Notes under the pieces: model-generated
Database searches by the model: none
What the model was told of the DNA's origin: nothing
Seen by the model: only the letters and a program-made list of their open reading frames with translations
Shown here: positions 41,621 through 55,409 of the stretch, piece after piece
Numbering within the stretch: the first letter of the stretch is position 1
Layout of the letters: each line of letters begins with the position of its first letter
Assembly: GCA_048213135.1 (NCBI GenBank)
Contig: PS015119.1
Location: 53,746 to 117,699, forward strand
From: Reclinomonas americana ATCC 50394
Taxonomy: Eukaryota
Reading direction: 5' to 3'
Length of the DNA: 63,954 nt
Translations under genes and position numbers: made by a program

Positions 41621-43564
41621 TTAAAAGCGACCGCGGCCCCTGCATGCACACACAGACACAGTCAGCCACTGGAGCCGGCCGCGCACAAGAGAGAAACGAC
41701 AGACGCAACGGAGGGCGGCGGCCTCGTGGTGCGCCGGGGGCGTTGCCGGGTGCCTCGGACTTGGGGTTGCGGACGGTCTCGTCCACCGACAGAATCATGC
41801 ATGCTGCCTCGGTGGCGCTCTCCCAGGCGTTGCGCTTGACGAGTGCGGGCTCCCACACGAACGACTCGTATGTGTCGCACACACCCTCGTTCTCAATGTC
41901 CACGCCAAATCGTTGCCGGCCTGCACACAGTGAGCAGCCTGTACCAACCAACCCCTACATGCATCAAGCATCGCAGCTCACCCTTGGCATGCGCCTGTCG
42001 CAGCTTGTTCATAATGTCGGTCGAGTCGAAGCCGGCGTTCTCCGCCACCTGTCGCGGAATGATCTCGAGGGCCTTGGCGAACGCGTTGATGATCAGCTGC
42101 TGCTTGCCGGCAATGGTGCGGGCGTGATCGTGCAGGAACTTGCTGACTTCCATCTACCGGCACATAGAGGGCAGAGTGAGTAAAGAGACAGGCACACGGA
42201 GGCGGAAAAACAACCAACCTCAATGGCACCGCCACCGGCCACCAGAGAGCTGTGTTGAATGGCGCGGCGCACAATCATGATGGCGTCGTGCAACGAGCGC
42301 TCCGCCTCATCAATGTACTGCTCGGCACCGCCACGCAGCACAATCGTGGCCGTACGTGTCTACGCAATCACCATCAGCACACCATTCGTCACACACACTC
42401 GGCGCATATCATCACGCAGATGCAAACCTGCGGGCACTCCTTGAAAATGTTGTATCGTTCGTTGCCGACTTGCACCTCCTCGAAGACGCCGCACGTGCCG
42501 AGAATGTCGGCGCCGAGGCGGTTGACCGAGGTCTGCACACGGGCACCCGTGGCCTTGCAAATGCGCGCAGCATCCTACACGTGTGTGCGCAAGATGTCAA
42601 CAACCAATCACAGCACATCACAAGCAACTGAACATGTAAATCAACGCAACATCCTTGCTCACGCGACCGGCGCAGAAAATGTCGCGATCGGCAAAGAACT
42701 GGGTGGCGAGATCGCCAATCGGCAGCGTCGACAGCACAATCTGGGCGCCGCACGCGGCAATCTTGTTCAGCATGTCGTAGATAATGTCCCACTCGGCGTC
42801 GACAATGGCCTGGTACTGGGTGGGGTCGGTGATCTTGACCTCGGCGTTCTCCTTCTCGGCCTTCAGCTCCAGCTCGTGGTTGAGCATAAGGATGTGCGGG
42901 GTGCGGAACGACTTGGGCTGCTGCTCAAAGCCGGCGTACGAGAAGGTCTTCTTGAAGGCGACACCCTCCACCAGGAACGAGTCCTCCATCGAGCCACCCT
43001 GCACCTTCTTGATGCCAATCATGTCGAGCGACAGATCCTCCTCCAGCAGCATGACAGCGTCGACCACCATACGCGAGAAGGTCTCCTTGGAGCCGGCAAT
43101 CAGCTTCGAGTTGAGCGACGTCGACGCGCAGTGCAGCAGCAACTCGCGCTTCTCCGACAGCGGCTTGCCCTCCAAGTGCTCAGCCTGCTCGTGCAGCTTC
43201 TCCAGCGCCTGTGCACACAAACACGAGAGAGAGAGAGAAAAGAGAGAAGAGAGAGAATGAACATTGTGAGATGCAGGGGGAAGTGCCGGGAGTGTGTGGG
43301 GAGAGCACAACGCAACGAGGGAGCAAGCGCGTCGGAAACCATTGATGACGATCTGCGGGTGCACGCCGTCCTCCACAAACTGCTTGGCCTCCTTCAGCAG
43401 CTCGCCAGCCAGCACCGTCACCGAGGTGGTGCCGTCACCGACCTGCAACACGTGCAAGAATGAGAAAGAGAGAAGAAGAAGAGGAGGAGGGAACAAGAAG
43501 AAAGCAACAACTCACCTCTGCATCCTGCGACTTGGCAATGTCGGTCAGCGTGCGCGCAGCCGGG
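41621..43564 (-). CDS. CCT7: T-complex protein 1 subunit eta; 5' end lies in the gap
   Basis: [71 protein letters not shown] and [20 protein letters not shown] at 41623-41621. Confidence 0.93.
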
Positions 43565-44432
43565 NNNNNNNNNNNNNNNNNNNNNNNNNNNNNNNNNNNN
43601 NNNNNNNNNNNNNNNNNNNNNNNNNNNNNNNNNNNNNNNNNNNNNNNNNNNNNNNNNNNNNNNNNNNNNNNNNNNNNNNNNNNNNNNNNNNNNNNNNNNN
43701 NNNNNNNNNNNNNNNNNNNNNNNNNNNNNNNNNNNNNNNNNNNNNNNNNNNNNNNNNNNNNNNNNNNNNNNNNNNNNNNNNNNNNNNNNNNNNNNNNNNN
43801 NNNNNNNNNNNNNNNNNNNNNNNNNNNNNNNNNNNNNNNNNNNNNNNNNNNNNNNNNNNNNNNNNNNNNNNNNNNNNNNNNNNNNNNNNNNNNNNNNNNN
43901 NNNNNNNNNNNNNNNNNNNNNNNNNNNNNNNNNNNNNNNNNNNNNNNNNNNNNNNNNNNNNNNNNNNNNNNNNNNNNNNNNNNNNNNNNNNNNNNNNNNN
44001 NNNNNNNNNNNNNNNNNNNNNNNNNNNNNNNNNNNNNNNNNNNNNNNNNNNNNNNNNNNNNNNNNNNNNNNNNNNNNNNNNNNNNNNNNNNNNNNNNNNN
44101 NNNNNNNNNNNNNNNNNNNNNNNNNNNNNNNNNNNNNNNNNNNNNNNNNNNNNNNNNNNNNNNNNNNNNNNNNNNNNNNNNNNNNNNNNNNNNNNNNNNN
44201 NNNNNNNNNNNNNNNNNNNNNNNNNNNNNNNNNNNNNNNNNNNNNNNNNNNNNNNNNNNNNNNNNNNNNNNNNNNNTCCCCCCTAGCTGGAGACACACAC
44301 TCTCTCGCTCACACGCATGCACACTCACCAGCATGTGCGACATGGTCGGCGCTGTGCTTGTGTTGAAAGTGACAGTGGTGCTGGCTCGCGCGTCACAGAA
44401 CTGTCCCGAGTCATACACAAAACGATTCCTTC

Positions 44433-47284
44433 ATGCTTCGCGCGGTGGCGTCGCGCGTGCACGACATCTTCACGTCGTCGCTATCGACGGTGTTCCAGCG
44501 CGGCTCGTCCTCTGCATCAACCGCGTCCACAACCGCGACATCGCAGCGCGCCATCACCGCCACCCCCAGCAAACCGATCGCGCCTGCTGCTCCCTCTCCA
44601 CCTCCACCACCACCTGCGCCTTCATCATCGTCCTCCTCCTCGCTATGGAGTCGATTGTGCTCGCTGGTGGCGCGCTGGCGGTGGCGATCTGACAGTGAGA
44701 TGGCCAGCACAGAAACCACCATCGCCACCGTCGTCGTCGCAGAACCGGCATCGCCTGTGCGCAAGGTGGCCACTGCGGCAACGAACCGTGTGCGCGCGCT
44801 CCTCTTGCGCCCCTCTGCCGGTGAGTGAGAGGAGTGTGTGTGAAGATTTTTTGTCAGTTTTCAGCGCGCCGAATCTCGGAATGTTCATTTTCGCGCGCGC
44901 GACTCTATCTCTCACACGTGTGTGTGTCTCGTTTGACGTGCAGCGGTCGGTTCCGTGGTCCAGCCGGTGCCGGCGGTGACTCCGGTGTTACCCACCGCCA
45001 CGTCATCGGCGTCGTGGTTTTTGCGACGCCTGTTTCTCTTTTTACCGGGCGGAGGTGGAGGTGGAGGTGGAGGTGGTGGCGCATGGTCTTCGTCGATGTC
45101 TGACAAGACGACTGTCGTCAGTCAACAACAACAACAACAGCAACCGGTAGCGATGCCGGTGCCGTTGAACGCGTCGCCGGCGCGATCCACCGGTGGACTT
45201 CATGTTTCCGTTGCGTTTCTTTCACTCGGTCTACAGTGGTTTTTCCGCGTTCATTTGTTGTTGACTGTGGAATGGTGCTCGCAGTGGCGCTACGTGTTGG
45301 ACGGAACGCGTACCATGTTTTCTGGTGCTTACGGGCTGCTGCCGTCGGTGGCTGGTCCTGTGCGGAATGTTGCGTCTTGTTGTTGTGTTTTGGTCCCGAG
45401 TCGCGTGTGTGTGCGTAAACCAACATGTGTTCGTGCGTGGTTAGTTGATGCGTCTATCGGAGCCGGTGGTGTATGCGCGCTCGTTCCCGCACACGCGGTC
45501 ATTGTTCCGCGATCTGGATATCGATTGGTTGCATCCACCGCGCATGTTGAGTGCAGTGTCGATCGCGACCGTGTGTATTGTTGGTCGCCACTAACACGCA
45601 CCACTGAGCAGGTTGGTGTTTGTGGGCAAGCGTCCGCTGCAGGGCGAGTTCCACTACATTCGCTCCGGTACGCCACTCGCCGTGTGTGACGAGGTGCTCG
45701 TGACTGCTGACGCTTCTTTCCGCCCAGTGCTGCGATTTGTCAATGCGGAGCATGTCGGCGTCAAGCTGATTGGTGCGTCCCCCTCGTCGCCTGACCAACG
45801 CACTGCATCTGATGTATTCTTAATTCAACCTGTCTCGCGTGCAGTGTTCGATCGCTCAATCTTTGGCTGGCGATCATCGCGTGTGTTGTACTTTGATTTN
45901 NNNNNNNNNNNNNNNNNNNNNNNNNNNNNNNNNNNNNNNNNNNNNNNNNNNNNNNNNNNNNNNNNNNNNNNNNNNNNNNNNNNNNNNNNNNNNNNNNNNN
46001 NNNNNNNNNNNNNNNNNNNNNNNNNNNNNNNNNNNNNNNNNNNNNNNNNNNNNNNNNNNNNNNNNNNNNNNNNNNNNNNNNNNNNNNNNNNNNNNNNNNN
46101 NNNNNNNNNNNNNNNNNNNNNNNNNNNNNNNNNNNNNNNNNNNNNNNNNNNNNNNNNNNNNNNNNNGCAGCAGCAGCAGCAGAAGCAGCAGCAGCAGTCG
46201 CGACCGCCTGTGGCAGCGGCACGCAGACCCCCGACGAAGCAGAAGAAAAGCGAACCCGCCGTGTCGCCAGCGGCGGCGATTCTGGCGCGTCGTGCGGCTG
46301 AGATACAAAGTAGTCCTGCGCGACCGCCAGTTCGTGCATCACAGCCGCCACCACCACCGCCACCACCATCAGCACTGCCGCGTCCACCGCCACCACCACC
46401 ACCACTGCCGCTACCACCGCCGCCGCGGCGGTCGCCAGCTGTGCTTCGAACGCCGTTGTCGTCTGGGATGGCGGTGTGTGCCTCTGCGTCCTCTCCTGCT
46501 CTCGTCACACTGCCAATCTGACTCGTGTCCCATGCAAAGCAGCGATCACCAGGGCGTGTGAATCTGGCACAGTCCATTCTGGCCAAACGACGGTTGGCTC
46601 TCGAGCGAGGTGGCTCATCGGCGAGCACCGCCCTCAGTGCGCAATCCATCCTGGCCAAGCGAAGGGAAGAAGCACGACACTCGCCACAGCCGCCGAAATC
46701 AGCGGTCGCCATTCTTCGTGCGCGGCAGGAGAAAGTGCTGGGCAAGCGACCCTTGTCGCCGGCATTCGACGACTCGGATGGAATGACAGATGTGGAGACG
46801 GCGCGACAACCAGCGGCACGGCGACCACCGTTCAGTCGGTATGGTGGTGGTGGTGGCAGTGCATCCGATGACGCCGCTGAAGAAGACATGTGAGGCGTTG
46901 CTTGTTCCCTGTACTCACCCCAGTTGCTGCGTCACTCACCGCACGTGTGCAGCTTGACCGCACAACTTAGCGGTGATCGCTACCGAGCACGTCTCTTCAT
47001 GCAAGTGCGCGACCCTGAACTGCGCAAGAAACTGTGGACAGCCAAGGAGGACATTGTGTGCGTTCCTGCCTTTGTTGTGCAATGTGTGTGTGTGTGTGTG
47101 TGCGTGCATGCTCACGGTGTTTGTGAACAGGCTGGCCAACAGATTCCGTGGCGTCACCGACCGCGAGGTGGTCTCCAGTGAGGATCTGAAGTACACGGCC
47201 AAACTTCTCGGCCGCGATGTGGACGATGTATGGCGGCGTGTTGAATATCTGGGCTGGCGGGTGGCCCACACCTCGTACCCATAG
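44433..47284 (+). CDS. Hypothetical P/S/Q-rich protein with a C-terminal Myb/SANT-like helical domain (gap inside)
   Basis: Spliced exons in frame. The last exons give KKLWTAKEDIVLANRF...LKYTAKLLGRDVDDVWRRVEYLGW, resembling the WTxxED...A..LGR Myb pattern. Confidence 0.5.
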
Positions 47285-48594
47285 TGACTATAGTGTGGCT
47301 GGTGTTGTTTGTTGTTTGTGCATGCAATAAGACATGGCAATACTGACAGTCAACGGCATTCCGACAAATATGGAAAGCAAAAATGGCGGGAAAAGCAGTC
47401 AGGAACGAGCAGCAATTGACAGGGCCTAGGGGGTGCAAGCTCACCTTTCACCTGCAGGCATATAGAGTGCGCCGAGCAAGAGACAAACACAAATAGAGAA
47501 CAACAGTCACGTGAGTACGCGCACATTAATCGAATTCGGAGGAAGAAACTCGCATATATAGGTCGCGCAACTATTTCTTTCCTGTTGATGTGGCGCAAGG
47601 GAGAGGCAGGGAGGGAGTGAGTCAGCACCAACGCCATCCCAAATGAAACAGCAGGAGCACCACCGTACTCACAAGTTAGGAGATACTTCTTGGAAACAAC
47701 CGCAAGCACGGATGCTCGCAGCTCGACAACGCGTGAGCGTCGCCGTGGAATTTACGGTGTTCGATGTGGGAATGCACCAAGCCCGGCACTGCACAGCAGA
47801 ATGCACACACGTTAACATTCATATCATTCCGGATCCGCGCACCGCTATGTTTAACACGGTACTCACCAAGTGCCGATCAACGTGACAGACGCAACCGAAG
47901 CCGTCGCGAAGACCCAGGAAGGGTCGACGCAGGTCTCACATTCGGAATCCCGGGCCCCCGAGGAAACAGATCCAGANNNNNNNNNNNNNNNNNNNNNNNN
48001 NNNNNNNNNNNNNNNNNNNNNNNNNNNNNNNNNNNNNNNNNNNNNNNNNNNNNNNNNNNNNNNNNNNNNNNNNNNNNNNNNNNNNNNNNNNNNNNNNNNN
48101 NNNNNNNNNNNNNNNNNNNNNNNNNNNNNNNNNNNNNNNNNNNNNNNNNNNNNNNNNNNNNNNNNNNNNNNNNNNNNNNNNNNNNNNNNNNNNNNNNNNN
48201 NNNNNNNNNNNNNNNNNNNNNNNNNNNNNNNNNNNNNNNNNNNNNNNNNNNNNNNNNNNNNNNNNNNNNNNNNNNNNNNNNNNNNNNNNNNNNNNNNNNN
48301 NNNNNNNNNNNNNNNNNNNNNNNNNNNNNNNNNNNNNNNNNNNNNNNNNNNNNNNNNNNNNNNNNNNNNNNNNNNNNNNNNNNNNNNNNNNNNNNNNNNN
48401 NNNNNNNNNNNNNNNNNNNNNNNNNNNNNNNNNNNNNNNNNNNNNNNNNNNNNNNNNNNNNNNNNNNNNNNNNNNNNNNNNNNNNNNNNNNNNNNNNNNN
48501 NNNNNNNNNNNNNNNNNNNNNNNNNNNNNNNNNNNNNNNNNNNNNNNNNNNNNNNNNNNNNNNNNNNNNNNNNNNNNNNNNNNNNNNNNNNNNN

Positions 48595-48643
<49 letters not shown>

Positions 48644-49844
48644 CGCTGCGTCACAACACTCGTCCGTGACCACCAGTGATGGTCTCGCGAGAGCGAGCTG
48701 CGCTTGCGCGCATCAGTGTGCGGACGTGTCTCTCTCAACAGGCAGATAAAAAAACTGAGAACCTGAGAGAATTATGCGAACGAGAATATATGCATAGGTA
48801 CAGAGGAATCGCTGCAATCGCCAGATCCTGTCTGTCACAGAGAATCGACACGACGCGACCAAGATTCCTCCGTCAGTGTTCCACACTTCCTGTTCTCACC
48901 AGTTTTTTGTTGCAACTTGCNNNNNNNNNNNNNNNNNNNNNNNNNNNNNNNNNNNNNNNNNNNNNNNNNNNNNNNNNNNNNNNNNNNNNNNNNNNNNNNN
49001 NNNNNNNNNNNNNNNNNNNNNNNNNNNNNNNNNNNNNNNNNNNNNNNNNNNNNNNNNNNNNNNNNNNNNNNNNNNNNNNNNNNNNNNNNNNNNNNNNNNN
49101 NNNNNNNNNNNNNNNNNNNNNNNNNNNNNNNNNNNNNNNNNNNNNNNNNNNNNNNNNNNNNNNNNNNNNNNNNNNNNNNNNNNNNNNNNNNNNNNNNNNN
49201 NNNNNNNNNNNNNNNNNNNNNNNNNNNNNNNNNNNNNNNNNNNNNNNNNNNNNNNNNNNNNNNNNNNNNNNNNNNNNNNNNNNNNNNNNNNNNNNNNNNN
49301 NNNNNNNNNNNNNNNNNNNNNNNNNNNNNNNNNNNNNNNNNNNNNNNNNNNNNNNNNNNNNNNNNNNNNNNNNNNNNNNNNNNNNNNNNNNNNNNNNNNN
49401 NNNNNNNNNNNNNNNNNNNNNNNNNNNNNNNNNNNNNNNNNNNNNNNNNNNNNNNNNNNNNNNNNNNNNNNNNNNNNNNNNNNNNNNNNNNNNNNNNNNN
49501 NNNNNNNNNNNNNNNNNNNNNNNNNNNNNNNNNNNNNNNNNNNNNNNNNNNNNNNNNNNNNNNNNNNNNNNNNNNNNNNNNNNNNNNNNNNNNNNNNNNN
49601 NNNNNNNNNNNNNNNNNNNNNNNNNNNNNNNNNNNNNNNNNNNNNNNNNNNNNNNNNNNNNNNNNNNNNNNNNNNNNNNNNNNNNNNNNNNNNNNNNNNN
49701 NNNNNNNNNNNNNNNNNNNNNNNNNNNNNNNNNNNNNNNNNNNNNNNNNNNNNNNNNNNNNNNNNNNNNNNNNNNNNNNNNNNNNNNNNNNNNNNNNNNN
49801 NNNNNNNNNNNNNNNNNNNNNNNNNNNNNNNNNNNNNNNNNNNN

Positions 49845-52800
49845 GCAGATTCCCGACCCATATCGACGAGGAAATAGCGCTCGGCAGCAGAACCGCAGCG
49901 CAGCGACGTCACGAGGCGTCGTCGCAAACGTTCTGCAACCAACTCTGACCACGATCGTAAACAGCCGGTCCACCGGAGTACCGCACGCGCATACGCATGC
50001 ACGCAGTCATTGTCGAGAACGAAGTTGGACGTAGAATCTGCGAGGTAAACATCGCATGAGAGCGTGCATGTCGTACAGCGTAGTGTGCAGCACGCACGAG
50101 GACTGAGAGGAGAGTGTCCATCAAACCGAATGTACTATCTGCAAGACATCTCTGCCACACAACAGCACACCGCAATGTACTGCAGCTGCCGCACATCGCT
50201 GGGACGCATGGAAATTAACTGCATATATATGCATGCATATGGTCGACGCCGCAGCGGGTATGCAACGATGTCAGCATGCGACAGTACGACGACGCGCTGA
50301 AACGGACCAGCTGATTAATGAGTGCTCCTGGCGCCGGCAACAGACGTCGACTCAGTCACGTGCACGCCGATCGCTGCGCTGCATGGCGGGCATTGTAGCA
50401 CTGGTGCCAAATTTAAAGCTAGTCGACGAGAGCGAGAAAAAAAAGATGGCTCAGGGTTGCGAGTCACGCTCACATTTGAAGAGTGTACATGTGTGAGCAG
50501 CACAACAGCCAGATCAAAGAGATCATGCATGCATATGATGTGCGTGCTCGCAGGTAGCAAGGCACGCACTAAGGATGCAGAGTGGTTCACTGTGCTGCTA
50601 CAGACGACGGCCTCTTCGGTGAGTGACATGCTCAGAAAAATGTTCACAAAGCGAGTCATCACTCACACGAAACGACGTGGCGCCGGCACGGCACACACGC
50701 ACCATGGCCAATCATGAGCATGATCACATGCATCACTGAGTGTGTGCTGGAGCGCTAGCAGCCTGATGCGCAGGCATGAACAAGGGTGAGCAAGGAAGCA
50801 CAGCGGAAAAATGCTCATACTCATATCACTTGCCACGCCAAGCAAAGGGTGGCGAATTCGAAGGCTCAAGCAGCGTAAGTAGTGAACATGGTCAAAAAGG
50901 GACATGTCGACAGCAGCACACAGAGCAACTCTGTGCACTTGCACAAGGAGAGCGACCTCTGCGCGCGATAGCAAGTGGATAGATAAGAACTAAGAGAGAC
51001 AAATTCATTCGGTTGATCAAACTGTGGAATGTTCAGCAGTATCAGGCTGCGTACCTCTCTGCATGCGTCTACCACCTCCACACAAGCAGGCAGCTGATTC
51101 AGCCATCTCGAAGAAGGGAGAGGAAGCGGTCGCCGTTGAGCAGCTCAATGCGATTGCGCAGGTGGAAGAGGAACTACTCGTCGACCACCTTGTTCAGCGA
51201 CCTGTAAGAGAGGTAGTGTCAGTGACTTTGGTGAGAGTGCACCTGTGAAAGAGGTGATCACTTGTACTCACACTCGCCCCCAGCCGATGGTTTCGCTTTT
51301 CGCTCCGCAGCATGCGAGTTGATCGCACAGAACGATCTGGAGTCACACAAAGACGCTTCAGCCCTGCGTATCCATCAACTTGGTTCTCCTCGTAAAGCCG
51401 ACCGCTGCAACGCCGCATCATTAGGCCTGTGGAACACCACCACCACCACCATCACCACCACCAGCAAGTCCGGCACGATAACACAGCGGTGCCCACTGTT
51501 CCCTTTGTCGACGTAAGGGTGGCCCAGTGAGTCGGGTGAGAGCTGTATCTGTGCATAGAGACTCCCAAACACAGACTTGGCCATCACATGGCACGGAGTC
51601 TCACCTGGTGCACACAGGTTCGACAACACCACGCGTACCAGGCCACTGGCGCGGCGGAAGCAGCATCATGTACGCTCCTTCGCTCAAACAACCCCAGCTC
51701 CAACATGGATTAACTGCAGTGTGTGTTCAACGGAGGTGCATGAGTGATCATGAATCAGCATGAGTGCATGCTCACACATAGCGGAAGTGGGCGAGCGAGA
51801 TACCGACTCACAAAAAGCCTTCAGCCGAGCATCCACAGTCCCAGCCACCGAGCCGGTAGTGTCGCTGATGACCTACTGCAGGCAAGGCAATGCCTTGTAT
51901 GAACATCCACTTCTCAACAGAGACAGCAGCCACAGCGGCGCACATGCTGATACGTATACGCACTCACCAGGTTGGAGAGCCAATACTCACAACTCCGCTG
52001 TTGAGACGAACATGAAGTAAGCAGCATTGCTGATTCGCCCCCAAGGAGGCGCAGCGTCTCACGTACCCTTGTGCGGCACCAGCTTCATCACACGTCGAGC
52101 AAGCCCATCAGGACATATCCGTGGTGCAGCCGACATTGCTGTACTGCACCCAGCTCGTGCTCTGCTGCCATGGAGCAGGAATGACGTGTGCTACTGGCCG
52201 TTCTCTGCAGCTGCGAGGTATTGAGTGCACCGTGGTCAGTCGCAATACTAGGACCAAGCCAGCGACGCACCACTCACCACAGCATTCGCGATCAGCTGCA
52301 AGATAAGAGAGTGGCTCATAGCACAATGTCGACATCATGGTCGCACCTCCTGGAGGAGGCTCCCGAAGGCCTGATACGCATGCATCCTCGGCGACAAGCA
52401 CCAGTCGTGCGATCATCGCATTCACACTCGGCATGGACACCCACACAGTGCGTGCGCCGCTTTCACTCACACTAGATCTAGACACACAATGCAGGGACCG
52501 CCCAGGTGGTGTCGAGCATCACGACTGCAATCGTGAGACTTGACTATGCGCTGAACACATGAGGCGTGGTGAGTCACACATAGCTGCATGCCTCAACACC
52601 AGTGGGTGCACTCACTTGGCACCTTCGCAGTGGTATGTGGATCGCAAGTCTCACTGCCTGAGTCTGATTGCGAGAGCGAAGTGGCCAGACGCAGCACGCT
52701 GCAATGTCCTCGACAATGGCGTGTCTCGGCAGTCTGCGCAGGCAGTCACCACCTGGTGCAATAGGTAGAATGAGTCGTGCACGTGGCATCGTAAACGAAA

Positions 52801-54625
52801 ACTCAACTCAGCTTCTCTCTCTCCCTCTCTACACACACGTACAGACACCCACGCACGCACGTACACACACACACACACACACACACACATATGACGTACC
52901 TGCCTCTGATATCAGCAGTTTGCACACGTGCCTTGTGCAAAAACAACGAAGAAGGAACTGCTTGTTTGCCTCTGGGAAAAGGCAGCTGTCGCCGAAAACC
53001 CTGTAACAACACCACCTCCAGCATAGGGTGCTGCTCGACACTGCAGACGAGTGGCCACTGCAGCCGGTTTGTAGGCCAAGGCTTAGAGCCCGCCATTCAA
53101 GGTAGAACAGCTCACGGCAACCAAGCCATCCACATAGCGTTGACAAACTCGGAAGGCAGACCTGGGATGGCGGCCACAATGCGGATCACAACCAAGTCGG
53201 CTGCAACAAGAGACCAGTCTCTGCGAGACCTGCAGCACTGCGGTGCAAGTCCAGGACTGCTTCCCGATCGGCCACTGCTTCTGAGTCTCCCCTTCGCAAT
53301 GAGTAAATCAAGTACACGCACACCCTCACACCCACCCACACACCCACACACACAGCAGGCATTGCAATCACCTTTGCTGCACACACTCTCCGCAAGCGCC
53401 TGAACGATGAGGTCATTTGGTCAGCTGAGTCACATGGCTTATAGCAAGCGCTGCTCCATGATCATGACACTCATTGAGCTCAGGTGTGAGCATTTGCACA
53501 ATGGATACAGACGCACCTCGCATGAATGAGGCACTTCATCGCACTCCACAGGGCGGTCAGCATCGGAGAGCGTGCGACTCGTGTGGTCTCTCCTGCCAGT
53601 CAGTGGTTGATGCTGGATGATACAAGGGTGGGAGTGGCACTCGTGCAGTCGTCCAGTGCGAGTCCCCACGACTATCAATCATCACTGTCAGATCATATTG
53701 CTGCATTACGCACCCTCTCTCTCTCTCTCTCTAACACACACACTCTCTCTGTCACCCACACACCCACACATCCACACCCTCACACGCACACACACGCACA
53801 GCAGCATCTCTATCCCAAGCCCTCGCAGGCTGAGTCCACACACGTGGTCGGCTGAATCCCTGTTGTGCCGCTGACGTAGACAGTGGTGGTGGAGCTCCTC
53901 CCCTTCGTGCATGTCTCACCACCGTGAGCAGACTCGAAGAGCGCACGGAGTGCGCGACACTGCATCTGACACACAGTACAACTGTGTGGTCGCCACTGTC
54001 AGACGCATCCACAGAGCTGTGACGCCACGCACGGAGTCAGGGACGATGTGCTTCCACGTAGACAGGCGCGCAGGCGCGCGGAGCGCGCCTGCAAGTCACC
54101 TTCTCTCGCCACAGTGCGAAAACTTTGTAACGACTTGATCAGCGCAGTGTATCACGTTTTGCTCCGCCTACAGGCATCTCCTTCAGATGCCGCCAGCACC
54201 ACTCTCCTCCCCACACGACGGCGCACACGCTCATATATAGCATGGCCCATGGTGACACATAGGGGACTCTGCATCGTCATGTACCTGTGGCCACATTTTC
54301 CCTCACATAATCTGACAGACCGACCTGATAGTGCTCGAATGTTAGAACGCTCGCGCTCACTCGGAAAGACATGTACAGAGTCAGAGCCAGCAGACACTGT
54401 GGCAAGGAACATGCCAACCGCTCGTCCACGTGCACGTCGGAAGTGGATTCGACTGCAGCGCGGAAGATGCATAAGTACAAGCATCACACCACCGAGCCTG
54501 TATACGTGTAGATGGCGCTGGCGAGTGATCACAGAACGGCGATGCTCATGGCCTCTCAAAGGCTCACGGGTGTGGTTGGACCTGAGTGGTGATGCGTGAT
54601 CAACGCGTGAGGATCTCACGCTCTT

Positions 54626-54720
<95 letters not shown>

Positions 54721-54851
54721 GGAGGCACATTGGTCGACGATGGGCGCATGTGTTGTCAACTCCGCTGTCATGCCTTTGTCGCGCGTTGCTGCTGGTATGG
54801 TCTCTTTCGCGCTCGTTATGACAGTTGTGATTACATCACTGCCTCTCTCTC

Positions 54852-54884
<33 letters not shown>

Positions 54885-55409
54885 GCGCATGTGTGTGTTT
54901 GCGGTTGTGTGCGCTTGCAATGTGCATTGCATTCGTGAATTCTGCGTGCTTGTTGTTGTCGTTGTTGATGATGCACAAGAACAAGAGTGAGTGAGATAGG
55001 AAGTGTGTATGCGTATGCGAGGGCGACGTGTCTGCTTGCCTTCTTGTTTGCAATCGCGAGACGTTGACTGTACGCGAGTGATCACGATGAGTGTGTGAGA
55101 GAGAGCGTGCTTGAGGGAGCAAGAGTGACTGCTGTCTATTCTGCGTTGCAGCACAGCTGCGCATGTGCTATGTATGATGCACTTGGTGTGTGCGTCCCTT
55201 CTGCTCATCCTTGTTGCCACTGTTTCCGCAATGTGCACTCTATATATCCCTATTGCAACGAGGACAGGCTTGAGAGGGTCCAAGAGTCAACAATTGCAAG
55301 CAAGAAGGGAGCAAGACGCACATGGTGAATGAGGGGGTGAGAGAATGAGGCTGCAGCTGTGTGTGTGTGGTGGAACAGGTCATGAGTGACGGCCGAAGGG
55401 CGAGAGCGC
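49845..55409 (-). pseudogene. Degenerate, stop-interrupted coding-like sequence (pseudogene or decayed mobile DNA) of unknown origin
   Basis: Protein-like minus-strand fragments (e.g. DLVVIRIVAAIPGLPSEFVNAMWMAWLP*, RFVNIFLSMSLTEEAVV) are broken by stops and separated by intron-like (CA)n/(CT)n tracts. I could not build an intact spliced frame. Confidence 0.35.
54641..54719. repeat. (CA)n microsatellite
   Basis: Direct observation. Confidence 0.95.

Noticed and set aside
47764-50034. Long ORFs in the supplied track that span N-runs, and antisense ORFs over real genes
   Set aside because: They are artefacts of translating N as X and of high GC content, with no supporting motifs.
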